Of a stretch of 64,000 nucleotides of DNA, positions 23,543-44,215 are shown in pieces; position 1 is the stretch's first letter; every line of letters starts with the position of its first letter. This DNA comes from the human T2T-CHM13v2.0 reference genome, Homo sapiens. The translations under genes were made by a program, and so were the position numbers. Under the pieces are notes generated by a model. The model was not told the DNA's origin and did not search any database. It was given only the letters and a program-made list of their open reading frames with translations. The stretch is taken from the NCBI RefSeq assembly GCF_009914755.1, contig NC_060943.1; one strand, 5' to 3'.

Positions 23543-25389
23543 TGAGTAGCTAGGACAACAGGTGCATGCCACCATGCCTGGCTAATTTTATTTTTTTTGG
23601 GTAGAGATGGGGTCTTGCCATATTCCATCTTATTTATTTATTTATTTAACAGATGGGCTCTCACTCTGTGGTCCAGGATGGAAGGCAGCGGCTCCATCAC
23701 AGTTCACTGCAACCTCGAACACCTAGACTCAAGCAATTCTCCTGCCTCAGCCTCTGGAGCCGCTAGAACTATAGATGCCCCACCATGCCTGGCTGTTTTT
23801 AAATTGTTTTTTGGTAGAGACTGGGTCTTGCTATGTTGCCAAAGCAGGTCTTGAACTCCTGGGCTCAAGCAATCATCCTGCCTCAGCCTCCCAAAGTACT
23901 GGGACGACAGGAGACAGCCACTGAGCCCAGCCACTACACATTTTTCATCTTCAAAGGGGTGGGGTGGCAGGAAGGCTTGGGGAGCTCTGCTGGAGCTGGA
24001 GGGAAGACCTGAGGTGCAAGCTTAGGGCCCGAGAAGTCACTGTCACTGTCACTGTCAGCTGCTGCAGTTACTGTTACAGCTGTGACTTAGGCCCTGGGCT
24101 TGTGGGTTCCTGGGGTCCAGGCTGTGGAGACCCCTCCCACACTGAGGTCTTAGGGTCAGGCTGATCTGGGGTCCCCCCGGGGCTCCGCCACCTGCTGCCT
24201 GAGCAATGACAGCCTGCCCCAAGGCCCCTCTGTAACACAGGAAGGACAGCATCATCCTGACAATGACACTCGCCAGACCTGGTGGTGGCCCAGAGCTGGG
24301 CCCGTAACTGTCACTGCCTCCTTCATGTCAGGGACACCTAGCACAGTGGCCAGAGAGTGGTGAGGGGTGAGGGTTCCAGATCCTCTAGCCTTCCTGGGTG
24401 AGGTTCCCAGCGTGGAAATGCAAGTGTCTCAGTGCAGACCAAGCATGGGGATCTGGGCCAGCAGGTGGGTCTAGGTGTGCCAATGGGAGTGGGCACATAC
24501 CCAGGCCACAGGAAATCAAATCAAGAGGGTGTGTGTGTGTGTGCACGCGTGTGTGCACGCAGGCATGGGCTTTCAGGGCTTTCAGAGCAGGGGCCGACGG
24601 CATTCTCCCTCGGGCCAGCGGTCAGATGTGGGGTTCAGGAAACAAGGCCCAGGTGGGGATGAATCACAGGGCTGTGATTCTAGAAGGGACAGCTGTGAGG
24701 GGCCGGGACAGGCTAAGCTGGAGGACTCACCAGACTTGCGGGGGTCAACACGCTCCAGATGTCTCCTAGACCTCTCACACTCAGCACATCCAAACCTGAA
24801 CCCAGCACCTGGCCCCACACCTGTCCCCTGGCTAGAGACGGGGGCCTCAGCCCAGCTGTTCCCCTTCTCCCACAGCCTCTCAGCTGCGTGTCGGGTCCAT
24901 TCTGCATCTTGAACATCTCTCCCAGTGGATTCCCTTCTGCTGTCCTGGTCCAGGATCCATCCCAGCTCTGACCAACGTTCTCCTCCCTGACCTCCTGAAT
25001 AGGAGGAATACAGCCTGTCTATCCCCTTCTGAGTGCCTATCACAACCAGGAATAGTGGCTATCCAGTTACCTGTCTGCAATCAGTCTCCCCACTGTCCTG
25101 TAAGCCTCACAAGGGTGGGGCCCAGGGCTGTCACAGTCACTGCTGTGTCCCCAGCACTGCCCAGTGCCAGGCCAGGCACACGCATGATGCTCATTAGATC
25201 TAAGCTTAACACATAAGTGAGTCCCGCCTCCAGCCTCCTTCCCACCTGCCGGCCCCAGCCTCACCCCTCTGCAATTGTCCCCCACGCAGCAATCAGAAGG
25301 AATTGGTGAGAAGAAAAGAACAAACTGGCTGGGCGCGGTAGCTCAGGCCTTTAATCCCAGCGCTTTGGGAGGCTGAGACAGGCAGATCA

Positions 25390-25737
<348 letters not shown>

Positions 25738-26177
25738 TCAGAGGAACCCTCAACTACTGCGGTCGCCAGCCTGTTTTCCCCTAGCGCCATCTCCTGGACA
25801 GCCCATAGTAAGCATACCTCACTCATTTCTGAGCTCTTCAACTGGAGGTTTGTTCAGATCTACGCCATCGTTACCTACTCATAATCCAGCCCCACTATGA
25901 AAGGTGAGCACTCTGCCCCCATGCGGCCTGCCCTTTCTCCGCTCCCCCATTTCTACAGGGGATTTGTATGCAGTTTTTATTATTCTATGTTCTGCTGTTT
26001 TTTTTTTTTATTTTTTTTAGACGGAGTCTCGCTTTGTCCCCAAGGCTGGAGTGCAGTGGCATGATCTCCGCTCTGCAATGCAGTGGCCATGGAAACACTC
26101 TCCAGTGTGGTGTGACTAAGGCAGAGAGGAGACCCTCTGAGTGCTGCTTCATGAGACTTTGGTGCTTTTTTTTTTGA

Positions 26178-26273
<96 letters not shown>

Positions 26274-26511
26274 TGAGCCTCCCAAGTAGCTGGGATTACA
26301 GGCGCCCACCACCATGTCCGACTAATTTTTGTATTTTTAGTAGAGACGGGATTTCACCATGTTGGCCAGGCTGGTCTCAAACTCCTGACCTCAAGTGATC
26401 CATTCACCTTGGCCTCCCAAAGTACTGGGACTACAGGTGTGAGCCACCGTGTCTGGCCTAACTCCAACTTCATGAGAGATCTTAACCTATAATTTTCCTT
26501 TTCTGTAATGA

Positions 26512-26880
<369 letters not shown>

Positions 26881-28446
26881 TGACCAGGCTGGTCTCGAAC
26901 TCCTGACCTCACGTGATCCACCCGCCTCAGCCTCCCAAAGTGCTGGGATTACAGGTGTGAGCCACCGCACCTGGCCCCCTCCATTTCTCTCTTCCTGTCT
27001 TTTCCCAATTCTTCTTTTAGATCTCAGCTGGACTGTCCCTTCCTCCAGGAAGCCCTCCCTGAACCATAGGCTGGGTCAGACACATTCTCAAGGTTCTCAA
27101 AGCTCCCTGGGCTTAACACGAGGCCGGCCTTAATAAATGGCAGCAAGACCTTTGGAGTCGCACAGACCTGGACTCAAATCCTAGTTCTGTCACTTTCTGG
27201 ATTCGCAAGCTGAGCCTTGGTGTTTCCTTATCAAAACTGGGGGTCAAAATACTCAACTGACAGGATTGGGAGAATGGCAATGACAGAGTAAGGGAGAAAA
27301 TGCTCAGTTTGTAAATGTTAACCTAATATCCTCTTCCTGACTTCTGTCAGGAATTTTATTCCTGGAAGTACATCCTACCCACTGGTGTGAATCTACTCTT
27401 GGGTTACATAGAATCGTTTTCCGTCTCCTCCCTGAACTCTCTCCCTCCAGACTCACTCCCTTTCATCTGTCTTCCATACCGGAGAATCCCAACTCAGATG
27501 TCCCCTCCTCCAGGAAGCCTTCCCTGACCTCCAGACCCCTGGGATCCTCTATCTGAGCTCTGACTGCTCTGGGTCCTCACTGCATGGTGACAAGTCTGTC
27601 TCTCCAACTGGACTGTGAGGCCGATGCAGGCAGGACCTGAGGCTAACTCGGTCACTGCACTGTCCCCAGCCCCAGATAGGCACAGAGCAGGCACTTAATG
27701 AAAAAGCTGATCTGTGGAGGTGCCCAGGAGGTGACCATGGACAATGGGTATGGCTCCTGTCTCTGGCTCCCCCATCTCCCTTCTCTCTCTCCTGATGCTT
27801 TTGGTGTTATCTGTCCCCTCGAGAATGTGGCACTGTGCATTGCCCCTCCTCCTGGATTTCCTGGATTGGCTCCAGGCCCCCTCTACACATCTGTCTCTGA
27901 TATAGACCCTTTCCTCGGCCTCAGTGGCTGTCATTTCTCAGGGCACCATTTCCTAAGCCCTTTTCTCACTCGACTGTCACATCTACTTCCAGGGGCCACT
28001 CAGAACTTCAGGACCCAAACTCCTATGCTCAGATCTCTCTCAGCCCCGGAGCTCCAGGCCACAGGCACTTCAGACACTCTAGGTCACAACACAGTGGCTG
28101 ACCAAGCCCAGAGAGATTTCCCCGGGAAAGGAGGGATATCTTAACCCACTGAGGCAAGTAAAGTGACGTACTTGGCCACAGTTAACTATTGTTCAAGATT
28201 TTTCTGAGCATGAAACTGCAGGTGGCTGGAATGCAACCCTTTCCTCAGGAAATGTGCTGCTAAGACCAAACAGCTCCCTCCGTGGTGGGGGACCGGGGCT
28301 CGGGAGCTTATGCACAAATAGGACAGGCCGGGCGCGGTGGCTCACGCCTGTAATCCCAGCACTTTGGGAGGCCGAGGTGGGTGGATCACCTGAGGTCGGG
28401 AGTTCAAGACCAGCCTGACCAACATGGAGAAACCCTGTCTCTACTA

Positions 28447-28605
<159 letters not shown>

Positions 28606-29350
28606 TCAAAAAAGAAAGAAAGAAAAAAAGGACAAAGCACCTCTTCCCCACTATTGGGAACACGCCTGCATACGATGGCTGCTTCCTTGTAAAATGAAGG
28701 GAAGGTATTCCTCATAGGGTCCACTACTCGATGGTGAAGGGTCGTCATAAGGACACAGTAGTGACTGCTAGAGCCCACGATGGCAAGACGGCCATGACGA
28801 ACATGCTGGCTACTGAGAGGCTAAATCCCGTGGAACCGGTAACCGGAACTGTATACTAGGGAGGAGGGAGAGGTTATTTAATATGGGAGAGGGAAAGGAA
28901 AAACATCAAATCCTTATCTTTCATACAAGGAAGTTGGCTGATAATAAAAGATGGGGAAGATCCCAGCACTTTGGGAGGCCGAGGCGGGCAGATCACCTGA
29001 GGTCAGGAATTTGCAACCAGCCTGACCAATATGGTGAAACCCCGTCTCTACTAAAAATACAAAAATTAGCTGGGCGTGGTGGCAGGCATCTGTAATCCCA
29101 GCTACCCGGGAGGCTGAGGCAAGACAATCGCTTGAACCCGGGAGGCAGAGGCCGCAGTGAGCCGAGACCATGCCAGTCAGTGCACTCCAGCCTGGGCAAC
29201 AGAGCGACACTCCGTCTCAAAAATAAATAAATAAATAATAAAATAAAATAAAAATAAAAAAATGAAAGATGGGGAAGAAATAATAAAAGATGAGAAAAAA
29301 ATTTCCAAATGAGGAATGTTTAGAAATTCTCTTATTAGGGCCAGGCATTA

Positions 29351-29746
<396 letters not shown>

Positions 29747-30416
29747 TCAGGAGTTCAAGACCAGTCTGGCCAACATGATGAAACCCTGTCTCTACTAAAA
29801 AAAAAAAATTAGCTGGGTGTGATGGCGCACGCCTGTAATCTCAGCTACTCAGGAGGCTGAGGCAGGAGAATCTCTTGAACCTGGGAGGCAGAGGTTGCAG
29901 TGAGCTGAGATCGCGCCACTGCCCAGCCTGGGAGACACAGCGAGACTCAGTCTCAAAAAATATATAAATAAATAAAAGAAATGACACCTAAATGAACGTG
30001 CATTTCTGGAGAAGATCCTGGAACAGGCAGAAAAGGACACCAGTGGAAACACTGCTGAGATAGGAATGAGGCCTGCAGGCTTTATACCAGTGTTCATTTC
30101 CTGGGTCGCCTCATTGCATTGTGGTTATGTAAAATGTTATCATCCGGAGACTCTGGGTGAAAGGTATGTGGGAACTCTCTGTACTTTTATTGTAACTCTT
30201 CTGTGGGTCTAAAATTAGTTCAAAGTAGAAAAATGAAAACAGAAACAGCCCCCAGGTGGCTCGACTGTGAGGAAATGGACCTTCTCACCCATTTGCTGGT
30301 GTAAGTGTAAATCCTTGCACACCCTGGAGTCAGTCATTCTGCTTCTGGGCATTTATGTCAGGTTCACCCGTCCAGGTGGGAAAGGCCTTGCTGGGCTCCT
30401 TAATCCTGCAGCATAG

Positions 30417-30726
<310 letters not shown>

Positions 30727-30884
30727 TATGATAACAATTAAAAAGCCAAGAGAGACCCTCTGACACTATAATCTCACAAATTCCAGCATTTCTGTCAGCA
30801 GCTGAAATAGAGTAAGGAAGTCTTGTTTTTTGTTTTTGTTTTGAGACAGGGTTTCACTCTGTCACCCAGACTGAAGTACAGTAG

Positions 30885-31103
<219 letters not shown>

Positions 31104-32230
31104 TGAGCCACCGCGCCCGGCCTTTTTTTTTTTTTTTAAATACAGATGAGATTTTGTCATGTTGCCCAGGCTGGTCTTGAACTCCTGAGCTCAAGCAATC
31201 GGCCTGTCTTGGCCTCCCAAAGTGCTGGGATTACCGGTGTGCACCACTGTGCCTGACCAAAACAGATAATTAAAACTTTTTTCAAAAAAATCAAACAAGC
31301 CACCTTGGCCCCCAGGATTCCACAGGTTAAGCCTATACCTCTGCACCTCTGCTCCCTCCTCAAGACCCAATAAAATAGCAGTCCTGGAAGGAAAGACAGC
31401 AGAAGCCACAAGAACAAAGAGAAGCATCAGGGTGGGGGTGGGGGGGTTGGGAGGGTATGCGACTAGGCGGAAGGGGAGGGAATCAATGCAAGCCTTGAGG
31501 CGGGAGCAGATGGCTGAGAGGTAACTGAGCCAGCAGGGAGGCTGCTGAGACCTAGGCACCCTGGAAGGGGGCAGGTAGAGGGAAGAAGGGGAGGGGGGAA
31601 AGGGCGGTGACAAGAAGCAGAAGGAACTGGAGACTAGGACCACACATGCAAAGTGACTGAGGGTGGGGTTAAGCCCAGGATCCCTCCTTGACTGGGGGTA
31701 AACCAGGAGGACTCTGAGAACAGCCCAGGGGGCAAGTGCCACACTGAAAACAAGCCTGTTCCTCTGGCATGGGGCTGGTGGGCAATGCAGACATCAAGAG
31801 CCCACTCAGCCTTGGCCTTGAACTCCAGTAACCCTGCCTGGTGTTGCTGGGGACAAAACCACACCTGCCACTGAGGTCCAGATAGGGGCTCTGCTTAGCT
31901 GTGAGCCTGGCCATGAGGTGATGACGATGGGAAGGATCTGGGTCAAAGACATCCCAGTGGCTCCCAGACCCCTGCTTCTCTGTCTCCCTCCAAAGCCATT
32001 TAAAAATACACCAACTATCTCTTTTTTAAGAGTTTGCATTGTTCCCTGCTATCTTTGAAGTTCCACCTACATTTTACTTTCTCTATAAAGTTTTATCCTA
32101 ATGTGACTTTTTTATGCTCAAATGTCCTATCATAAGTCTCTGAAACAAAAATGTATCTATAAATTAAAATCAAAAATTTCATTCTTTGTGATTTTAGTTA
32201 AAACTTTTCTCGGCCGGGCGTGGTGGCTCA

Positions 32231-33063
<833 letters not shown>

Positions 33064-33239
33064 TTAAATTAGCTGTACGTGGTGGTGCATGCCTGTGGCC
33101 CCAGCTACTCAGAAGGCTCAGAAAGGAGGATCACTTGAGCCCCCAGGTTCAAGGCTGCAGTGAGCCATGATCCTGCCACTGTACTGCAGCCTGGGTGACA
33201 GAGTGACACTTGGTCTTAATCAAATCAATCAATCAATCA

Positions 33240-34950
<1,711 letters not shown>

Positions 34951-35370
34951 ATCAAGTGCCAATAATTAAACATAAGAGGAGGAGTTTGGGAGCCAGTGGG
35001 ATATGACTTCTTATCCTGTACTGCCTCAGGGAACCTGTTTCTCTCGCTTTGAGAGATTTCCTCACTCATAAAACCAGGATGGTCATAAACTCCCTAAATA
35101 AGGTGGTTAAGATCATTTGCTGAGATAATGGAAAGCATATTAAATAAAAGCTGTTATTATCAGTCAATAAATTATTATTCAGGGTAAACGTAGCTTCAAG
35201 CCAGTCTCTGCCCTGGTTGCACTTCCCCAGATGTGATCCAGTCAGATGATGATGATGATGACAATGATTATTACTGTTATTTTGAGACACAGTCTCACTC
35301 TATCACACAAGCTGGAGTGCACTGGTACGATCTCAGCTCACTACAACCTGAGCCTCCAAAGGTCAAGTGA

Positions 35371-35772
<402 letters not shown>

Positions 35773-37618
35773 TAAGCTTGCCCTAACAGTGCTCCAAGTA
35801 TTAACAGAATTGTGCAGGCCGCAATAGGCAGTGCTTCCTCCCACAGACCTGGCTTGATCTTTCCATTACAGCAACCCGAGACTGCAGTAACACACAATGC
35901 TCCAGTTACCAGAGGGGCATGACTGGTTCCATCTGCCCAGCATCCTGGGGGATCCTATCTCCCCAACTTTTGGTTCAAGGGATTCAGGAGGAGGTAACCC
36001 CACTCCTGAGCCTGGCCAATTAGGGCACTGCTTTCCCTGGGCCACAGAGACGGTGCTGGGATGGGGATGTGACGCAGGGTGGACCACTGGATTCAGCCTG
36101 GGAATTTGGCAGGAAATCCGGGATGAGGCACCCCTCTGTGCCCTGGGGTCACTAGGCAGGTAACTAATACCCTCAAATGTGCCCCATGAGAGCAAGGATC
36201 TTTGTTCTGTTGACTACTGAGTCATGCCTCTTAGAACAGTTCCTGGCACACAGCAGGCACTAAATAAAGATTTGTTGAGTGAATGAATTACTCAGCCTCC
36301 TAATGGACTGAAGCATAGCCACACCCCAGAAAATGATCCCCACCTCTACTCTCCTCCCAGGCCTGGAGAGACCAACTCAACTTGGTATAGAGGATACTCA
36401 GGGGTTTCTAAGGCTCAGAGGACGCAATTAACAGAGAGGCTAGGGCCGAGCGCTGTGGCTCACGCCTGTAATCCCAGCACTTTGGAAGGCCAAGGCAGAC
36501 AGATTACTTGAGGTCAGGAGTTCAAGACCTCCCTGGCCAACATAGTGAAACACCGTCTCTACTAAAAATACAAAAATTAGCTGGGCGTGGTGGCGGGCAC
36601 CTGTAGTCACAGCTATTCAGGAGGCTGAAGCAGAAGAATCACTTGAACCCAGGAGGCAGAGGTTGTAGTGAGCCGAGATCGCGCCACTGCACTCCAGCCT
36701 GGGCGACAGAGCAAGACTCTGTCTCAAAATAAACAAAAAAGATTTCAGAACAACTTCAGTGCGTCTGATTACCAGTGCTACTTTATATTATTCTCTACTG
36801 TCTTAGTAATTCCATCCTCCCCACCTCCATTAGAGTTTAGAAGCCGATACTCACCACTGCAACCTCCCATACACCAAGGGGTGGGAGGTGACCCGGTTGT
36901 GGTAAGCTGGCAGTGAGGGGAGTTTCCTGGGGGCTTCTGGAAAAGGATTTTCCTCCTTGAAGCGTTACCCTCACTTACCTGACCACCCGCCCCTCCATAC
37001 ACACACGCATAGACTTCCTCCCTTATGAAACATAAAGGCACAATGCCTGGAGCCGCAGCAGCCCTACTGAGGCCATGAGGACTGCCTGAGCACCAACACA
37101 GCAGAGATGGAGTCCTCAGGTTCCCAATGACACCACTGAGCCACCAAACCAACCAAGAACAGGCCTTCCTCAGGGCTTACTGAAAAGCCAGCAAAAAACA
37201 CCCTTTTGATTTAAGGTTTGATTGACATTTACTGGCTGGGTTTTCAATTAATTACAGATGAGCACAAACTAATACAGAGATACACCGGGGTCAATGACCG
37301 AGATGGCCTCTGGTGCTTTCTCAGGCAGGCGCCATCCCCAGGCTGACACGGGCGCCCTCTCCTGTCCACTTGGCATATTGCTTGCAGCCAGCGCAAGTAG
37401 ATTCCCTGGGATGCACTCAGGTTGCAAATCAGCCAGCCCTCTACACAGGGGCTTCTGAAAAAGATCCCTGTTCAGAAATCGGCCAGAAGATTTAGCCATG
37501 AGTACATGAGCAAATTCCAGCAAATGCCTCTGCATAATGAAGGGTGGGACTAAAAAAGGAGCAGCGAGATTAAACGCAGCCAATGACACACTTCTTCCAT
37601 CTGAGACTATGTGCCTTA

Positions 37619-37980
<362 letters not shown>

Positions 37981-38377
37981 TTAGCCGGGTGTGGTGGCAG
38001 AAGCCTGTAATCCCAGCTGCTCGGGAGGCTGAGGCAGGATAATCACTTGAACCTGGGAGGTGGAGGTTGTAGCGAGCCGAGATTGTGCCACTACTCTCCA
38101 GCCTGGGCGACAGAGTGAGACTCTGTCTCAAAAAAAAAAAAAAAAATTCAAAGCCAGACTCTCACAGAGGGTTTCACCAAGAGTTTCCAAATTTACTTAA
38201 TAATGTCTGCATAGGAAAATGTTTTCGGTGACAGCAAAACTATTTGGGGGGGGGGGGGGCATGAATAAATAAGTTTATTTTAAAAATTTTTATGTTCGTT
38301 TCATCCCTCTAATTTTTGTGTATGTTTTTAAATGCATATAATATAACCATACTATTATATGTTAGCGCTATACATGA

Positions 38378-38725
<348 letters not shown>

Positions 38726-39366
38726 TAATTTTACATATGTGTACACACGTGCATACATATATGCTAGGGAAGGAACCTCAGAAGTGTTTCCTTGATAGGA
38801 GAACATAATAATAAATGTTTGGAGGTCACCAGCAGCAGCCTGGCTGCCATATAATATAACTGATGTGACGCTCTGGTGATTATAAATAAACTCCAGCAAA
38901 GTGATTTTCAAACACTGGTGCGTGTGAGAATGTACTCTAGAGACTGCTAAAAATAAACACGTCCACCCCTTCCCTACGTCCACCAAATCAGGACCTGCAG
39001 GTAGCACTCCTGGGCATCTACTGGAAGTGCCCCAGAAAGCTCACTAGTTTTCCTCCATATTGTGCACCTTTCAGCTCCCCAATCCTCTTGGCAGTTGTGT
39101 TTAACCTGGTGGTTAGTTAGCCCTTCTATTGAGAGCTGAACACCAACTGTTGTAGCTGTCCTTTCTAGAAGTTTTGTTTAATTCTTTTTCCAGCTTCCTG
39201 GCAATTTTTCATTTTACTTGTGTTTTAATATCCTTCTCTTTTATCCTCTTAACAGATAAGCTTAGGTATTTTATATCCACATCTGATAATTCCACGTTTG
39301 CAGGCTGTGACCTGCCATGTTTTTCTGCTGGCTCTCGCTCATGGTGGCTGCTTTTTTCATGTGGTG

Positions 39367-40118
39367 TATATATATATATCAATATATATTGATATATATA
39401 TATATTTTGTATTTTTAGTAGAGACGGGGTTTCTCCATGTTGGTCAGGTTGGTCTGATATATATATGAGATATATATATATCTCTCATATATATCGATAT
39501 ATATGATTATATATCTCATATAAATAAAAAATAAAAATATATATAGTATATATATCGATATATATCTCATATATATCGACATATATGAGATATATATCGA
39601 TATATATCTCATATATATCGACATATATGAGATATATATCGATATATATCTCATATATATCAACATATGAGATTATCGATATATATCGATATATATCATG
39701 ATATATGTATATCAATATATGATATATATCATATATCATATAATAATCATATATATCGAGATATATGAGATATATATCATATATGAGATATGAGATATAG
39801 ATATCATATGATATATATATCATATATGGATATATATCATGATATATGTATATAAATATATATATTGATATATATCATATATATCATGATATATGTATAT
39901 AAATATATATATCGATATATATCATATATATCTATATGAGATATATATCTATATATATCATACTATATATATGATATATCTCAATATATACCTATATATC
40001 ATACTATATATATAGATATATATCTCGATATATATCTATATATATCATACTATATATAGATATATATATCATACTATATATATAGATATATATCTCGATA
40101 TATATCTATCTATATATA
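39367..40118. repeat. Complex (TA)-rich tandem array with 42-bp palindromic units and an embedded ~50-bp Alu fragment
   Basis: Unit tatatatcgatatatatctcatatatatcgacatatatgaga repeated ~3x at 39549-39670. Alu fragment at 39406-39455. Confidence 0.95.
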
Positions 40119-40412
40119 TTTTTTTTTTACTGTGAGCTTGTATGTGCTGGAACTCTATCTGAAGGATTTCTCCAAGGCCTGGGCAGAGAGAGCACAGGCA
40201 GGAAGAGTTTATGTTTGCCCTTGCCAGGTGCTTAGATACAATTAGGTACCCCTAGGGGTTCATTCTCAGCCTGCAACTTCCAGGACCTTTCAAAGAGGCC
40301 CCAAGCCCACATGAGGGACAGTCAGTGGCTACAAATTCTCAGAGGAGAATGTATCAGTCTCTACCTAGGGCAAAGCTTGTGTGCCTTCAGACGGAGGTTT
40401 TTTTCTAGTTCA

Positions 40413-40718
<306 letters not shown>

Positions 40719-42813
40719 TCAAAAAATAAACAAATAAAATGAATAAATAAGTAAATAAACATGTACAGAGTACTTGAGGGCCAGGTACAGTTCTATGTTT
40801 TATGGATCTTAATATCCACATAACAACCCAATTACAAGCATAAAACTGAGGCCCAGAGAGGTTAAATAACTCTCCCTGGGGTCACACAGAAAGTGGCAGA
40901 GCGGGGACAGATAAGCAGGCAGCCTGGTTCGAGGCCGCGCTGCAAACAGTAAACAGTAAACACTGTTTACTGAATGGTGCTGAGGGAACATCAGAACTAT
41001 GAGGTTAAGTGCTATTCGGTACAGAAAGGCAGAGGGACTCATGCAGGACACACACCACGTAAACAGCAGGGCAAGGATCTGAGTGCACGAAGTCTTTATC
41101 TAGAAGCAGAGGTTTTGGCACTTGGGCAGTAATGACAAGAAGGGATTCCGGCTGGGTGCGGTGGCTCACGCCTGTAATCCCAACACTTTGGGAGGCCACA
41201 GCGGGCGGATCACTTGAGGTCAGGAGTTGGAGACCAGCCTGACCAACATGGTGAAACCCCGTCTCTACTAAAAATACAAAAATTAGCTGGGCGTGGTGGC
41301 AGGCGCCTGTAATCCCAGCTACTCAGGAAGGCAAAAGCCTGGGCAACAAAGTTAGACTCCATCTCAAAAAAAACAAAGGGGGCTGGGCGCAGTGGCTCAC
41401 GCCTGTAATCCCAGCACTTTGGGAGGCTGAGGCGGGCGGATCACGAGGTCAGGAGATCGAGACCATCCTGGCTAACATGGTGAAACCCCGTCTCTACTAA
41501 AAATACAAAAAATATTAGCTGGGCGTGGTGGCGGGCGCCTGTAGTCCCAGCTACTCGGGAGGCTGAGAGGCAGGAGAATGGCGTGAACCCGGGAGGCGGA
41601 GCTTGCAATGAGCCAAAATCGTGCCACTGCACTCCAGCCTGGGCGACAGAGCAAGACTCTGTCTCAAAAAAAAAAAAAAAAAAGAAAAAAAAAACGGATT
41701 CCATGTATACCCCCTGTAGCCTGTAGTAGCAACCAGATGGGCATGTCCCGGGCCAGGGCTCGCCTATCCACTATCCTGCTGCATCCTCACAAGAATCCTG
41801 GGAGATAAGTTCTATTAGTATCCCATTTGATAAATATGGAAATGGAGGCTCATAGAGGTCAAGCTGCCTGCTCAAAGTCACATGGCTAATAAGCAGCAGT
41901 GCCAAGATCCGAAGCCAAGAGTGCCTACTCTGTGGCAGACTGTGCCATCAGGGACCCCTTCGTATCACACCCTGTGCAGTTCTTTCCCACACCCACTGTG
42001 GTCTGTGCCTGGAGCTGCTTTGACCAATAGTGTGGTGGAAATGACGCTGGAAGATTCCAGGCCTTGCCCTTAAATAACCTGCAGCTTCTGCTTCTTCCCT
42101 CATGAAAATCTGGCTGTTGGGGAGTCCTGAGCAGCCATGTGAGATATTCAGCTACCCTGCAGGAAAGACCACGTGGAGAAGAGAGGCCCAGAGGCTACGC
42201 TGAGAGGGAACCAACTCCCCAGTCCCAGTGCCAGTTCCAGATGACTCCAGCCCAGCCACCTCCACCTGCACCTGGATGAGAGCCTGCCAAGCAGCAACCA
42301 GCAAAAGAACTGTCCGGCTGAGCCCAGGCAAGCCACAAAGGTAACAGAAACTAAGAGTGACTGGGTTTTTTGTTTGTTTGCCTTTTTGAGACAGGGTCTT
42401 GCTCTGTTGCCCAGGCTGGAGTGCTGTGGCACGATCTCGGTTCACTGCAGCCTCCACCTCTCTCAGGTTCAAGCGATTCTCCTGCCTCAGCCTCCCGAGA
42501 AGCTGGGACCACAGGTACCCGCTAAATTTTTGTATTTTTAGTAAAGAAAGGGTTTTGCCATGTTGCCCAGGCTAGTCGCGAACTCCTGGCCTGAAGTGAT
42601 CCACCCACCTCAACCTCCCAAAGTGCTGAGATTACAGGCATGAGCCACTGCACCTGGCTAAGAGTTACTACGGTAAGCCACCAAGCTTTGGATCAGATGG
42701 CTATGTAGAAAAAGAAAACTGAAACCAAGTCCATGGCCTAAATTCATAAGAATGGCCACAGAGCTGAGCACTTCTGAAAAAATGACCTCAGCAACCTGAA
42801 TGAATGATCATGG

Positions 42814-44215
<1,402 letters not shown>

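Noticed and set aside
39549-39670. Regularly spaced palindromic repeats resembling a CRISPR array
   Set aside because: No unique spacers, low complexity, mammalian context and no cas genes.
39415-39823. Ile/Tyr-rich repetitive ORFs (MRYISIYISYMSIY repeats)
   Set aside because: Translation of the TA-rich tandem array.
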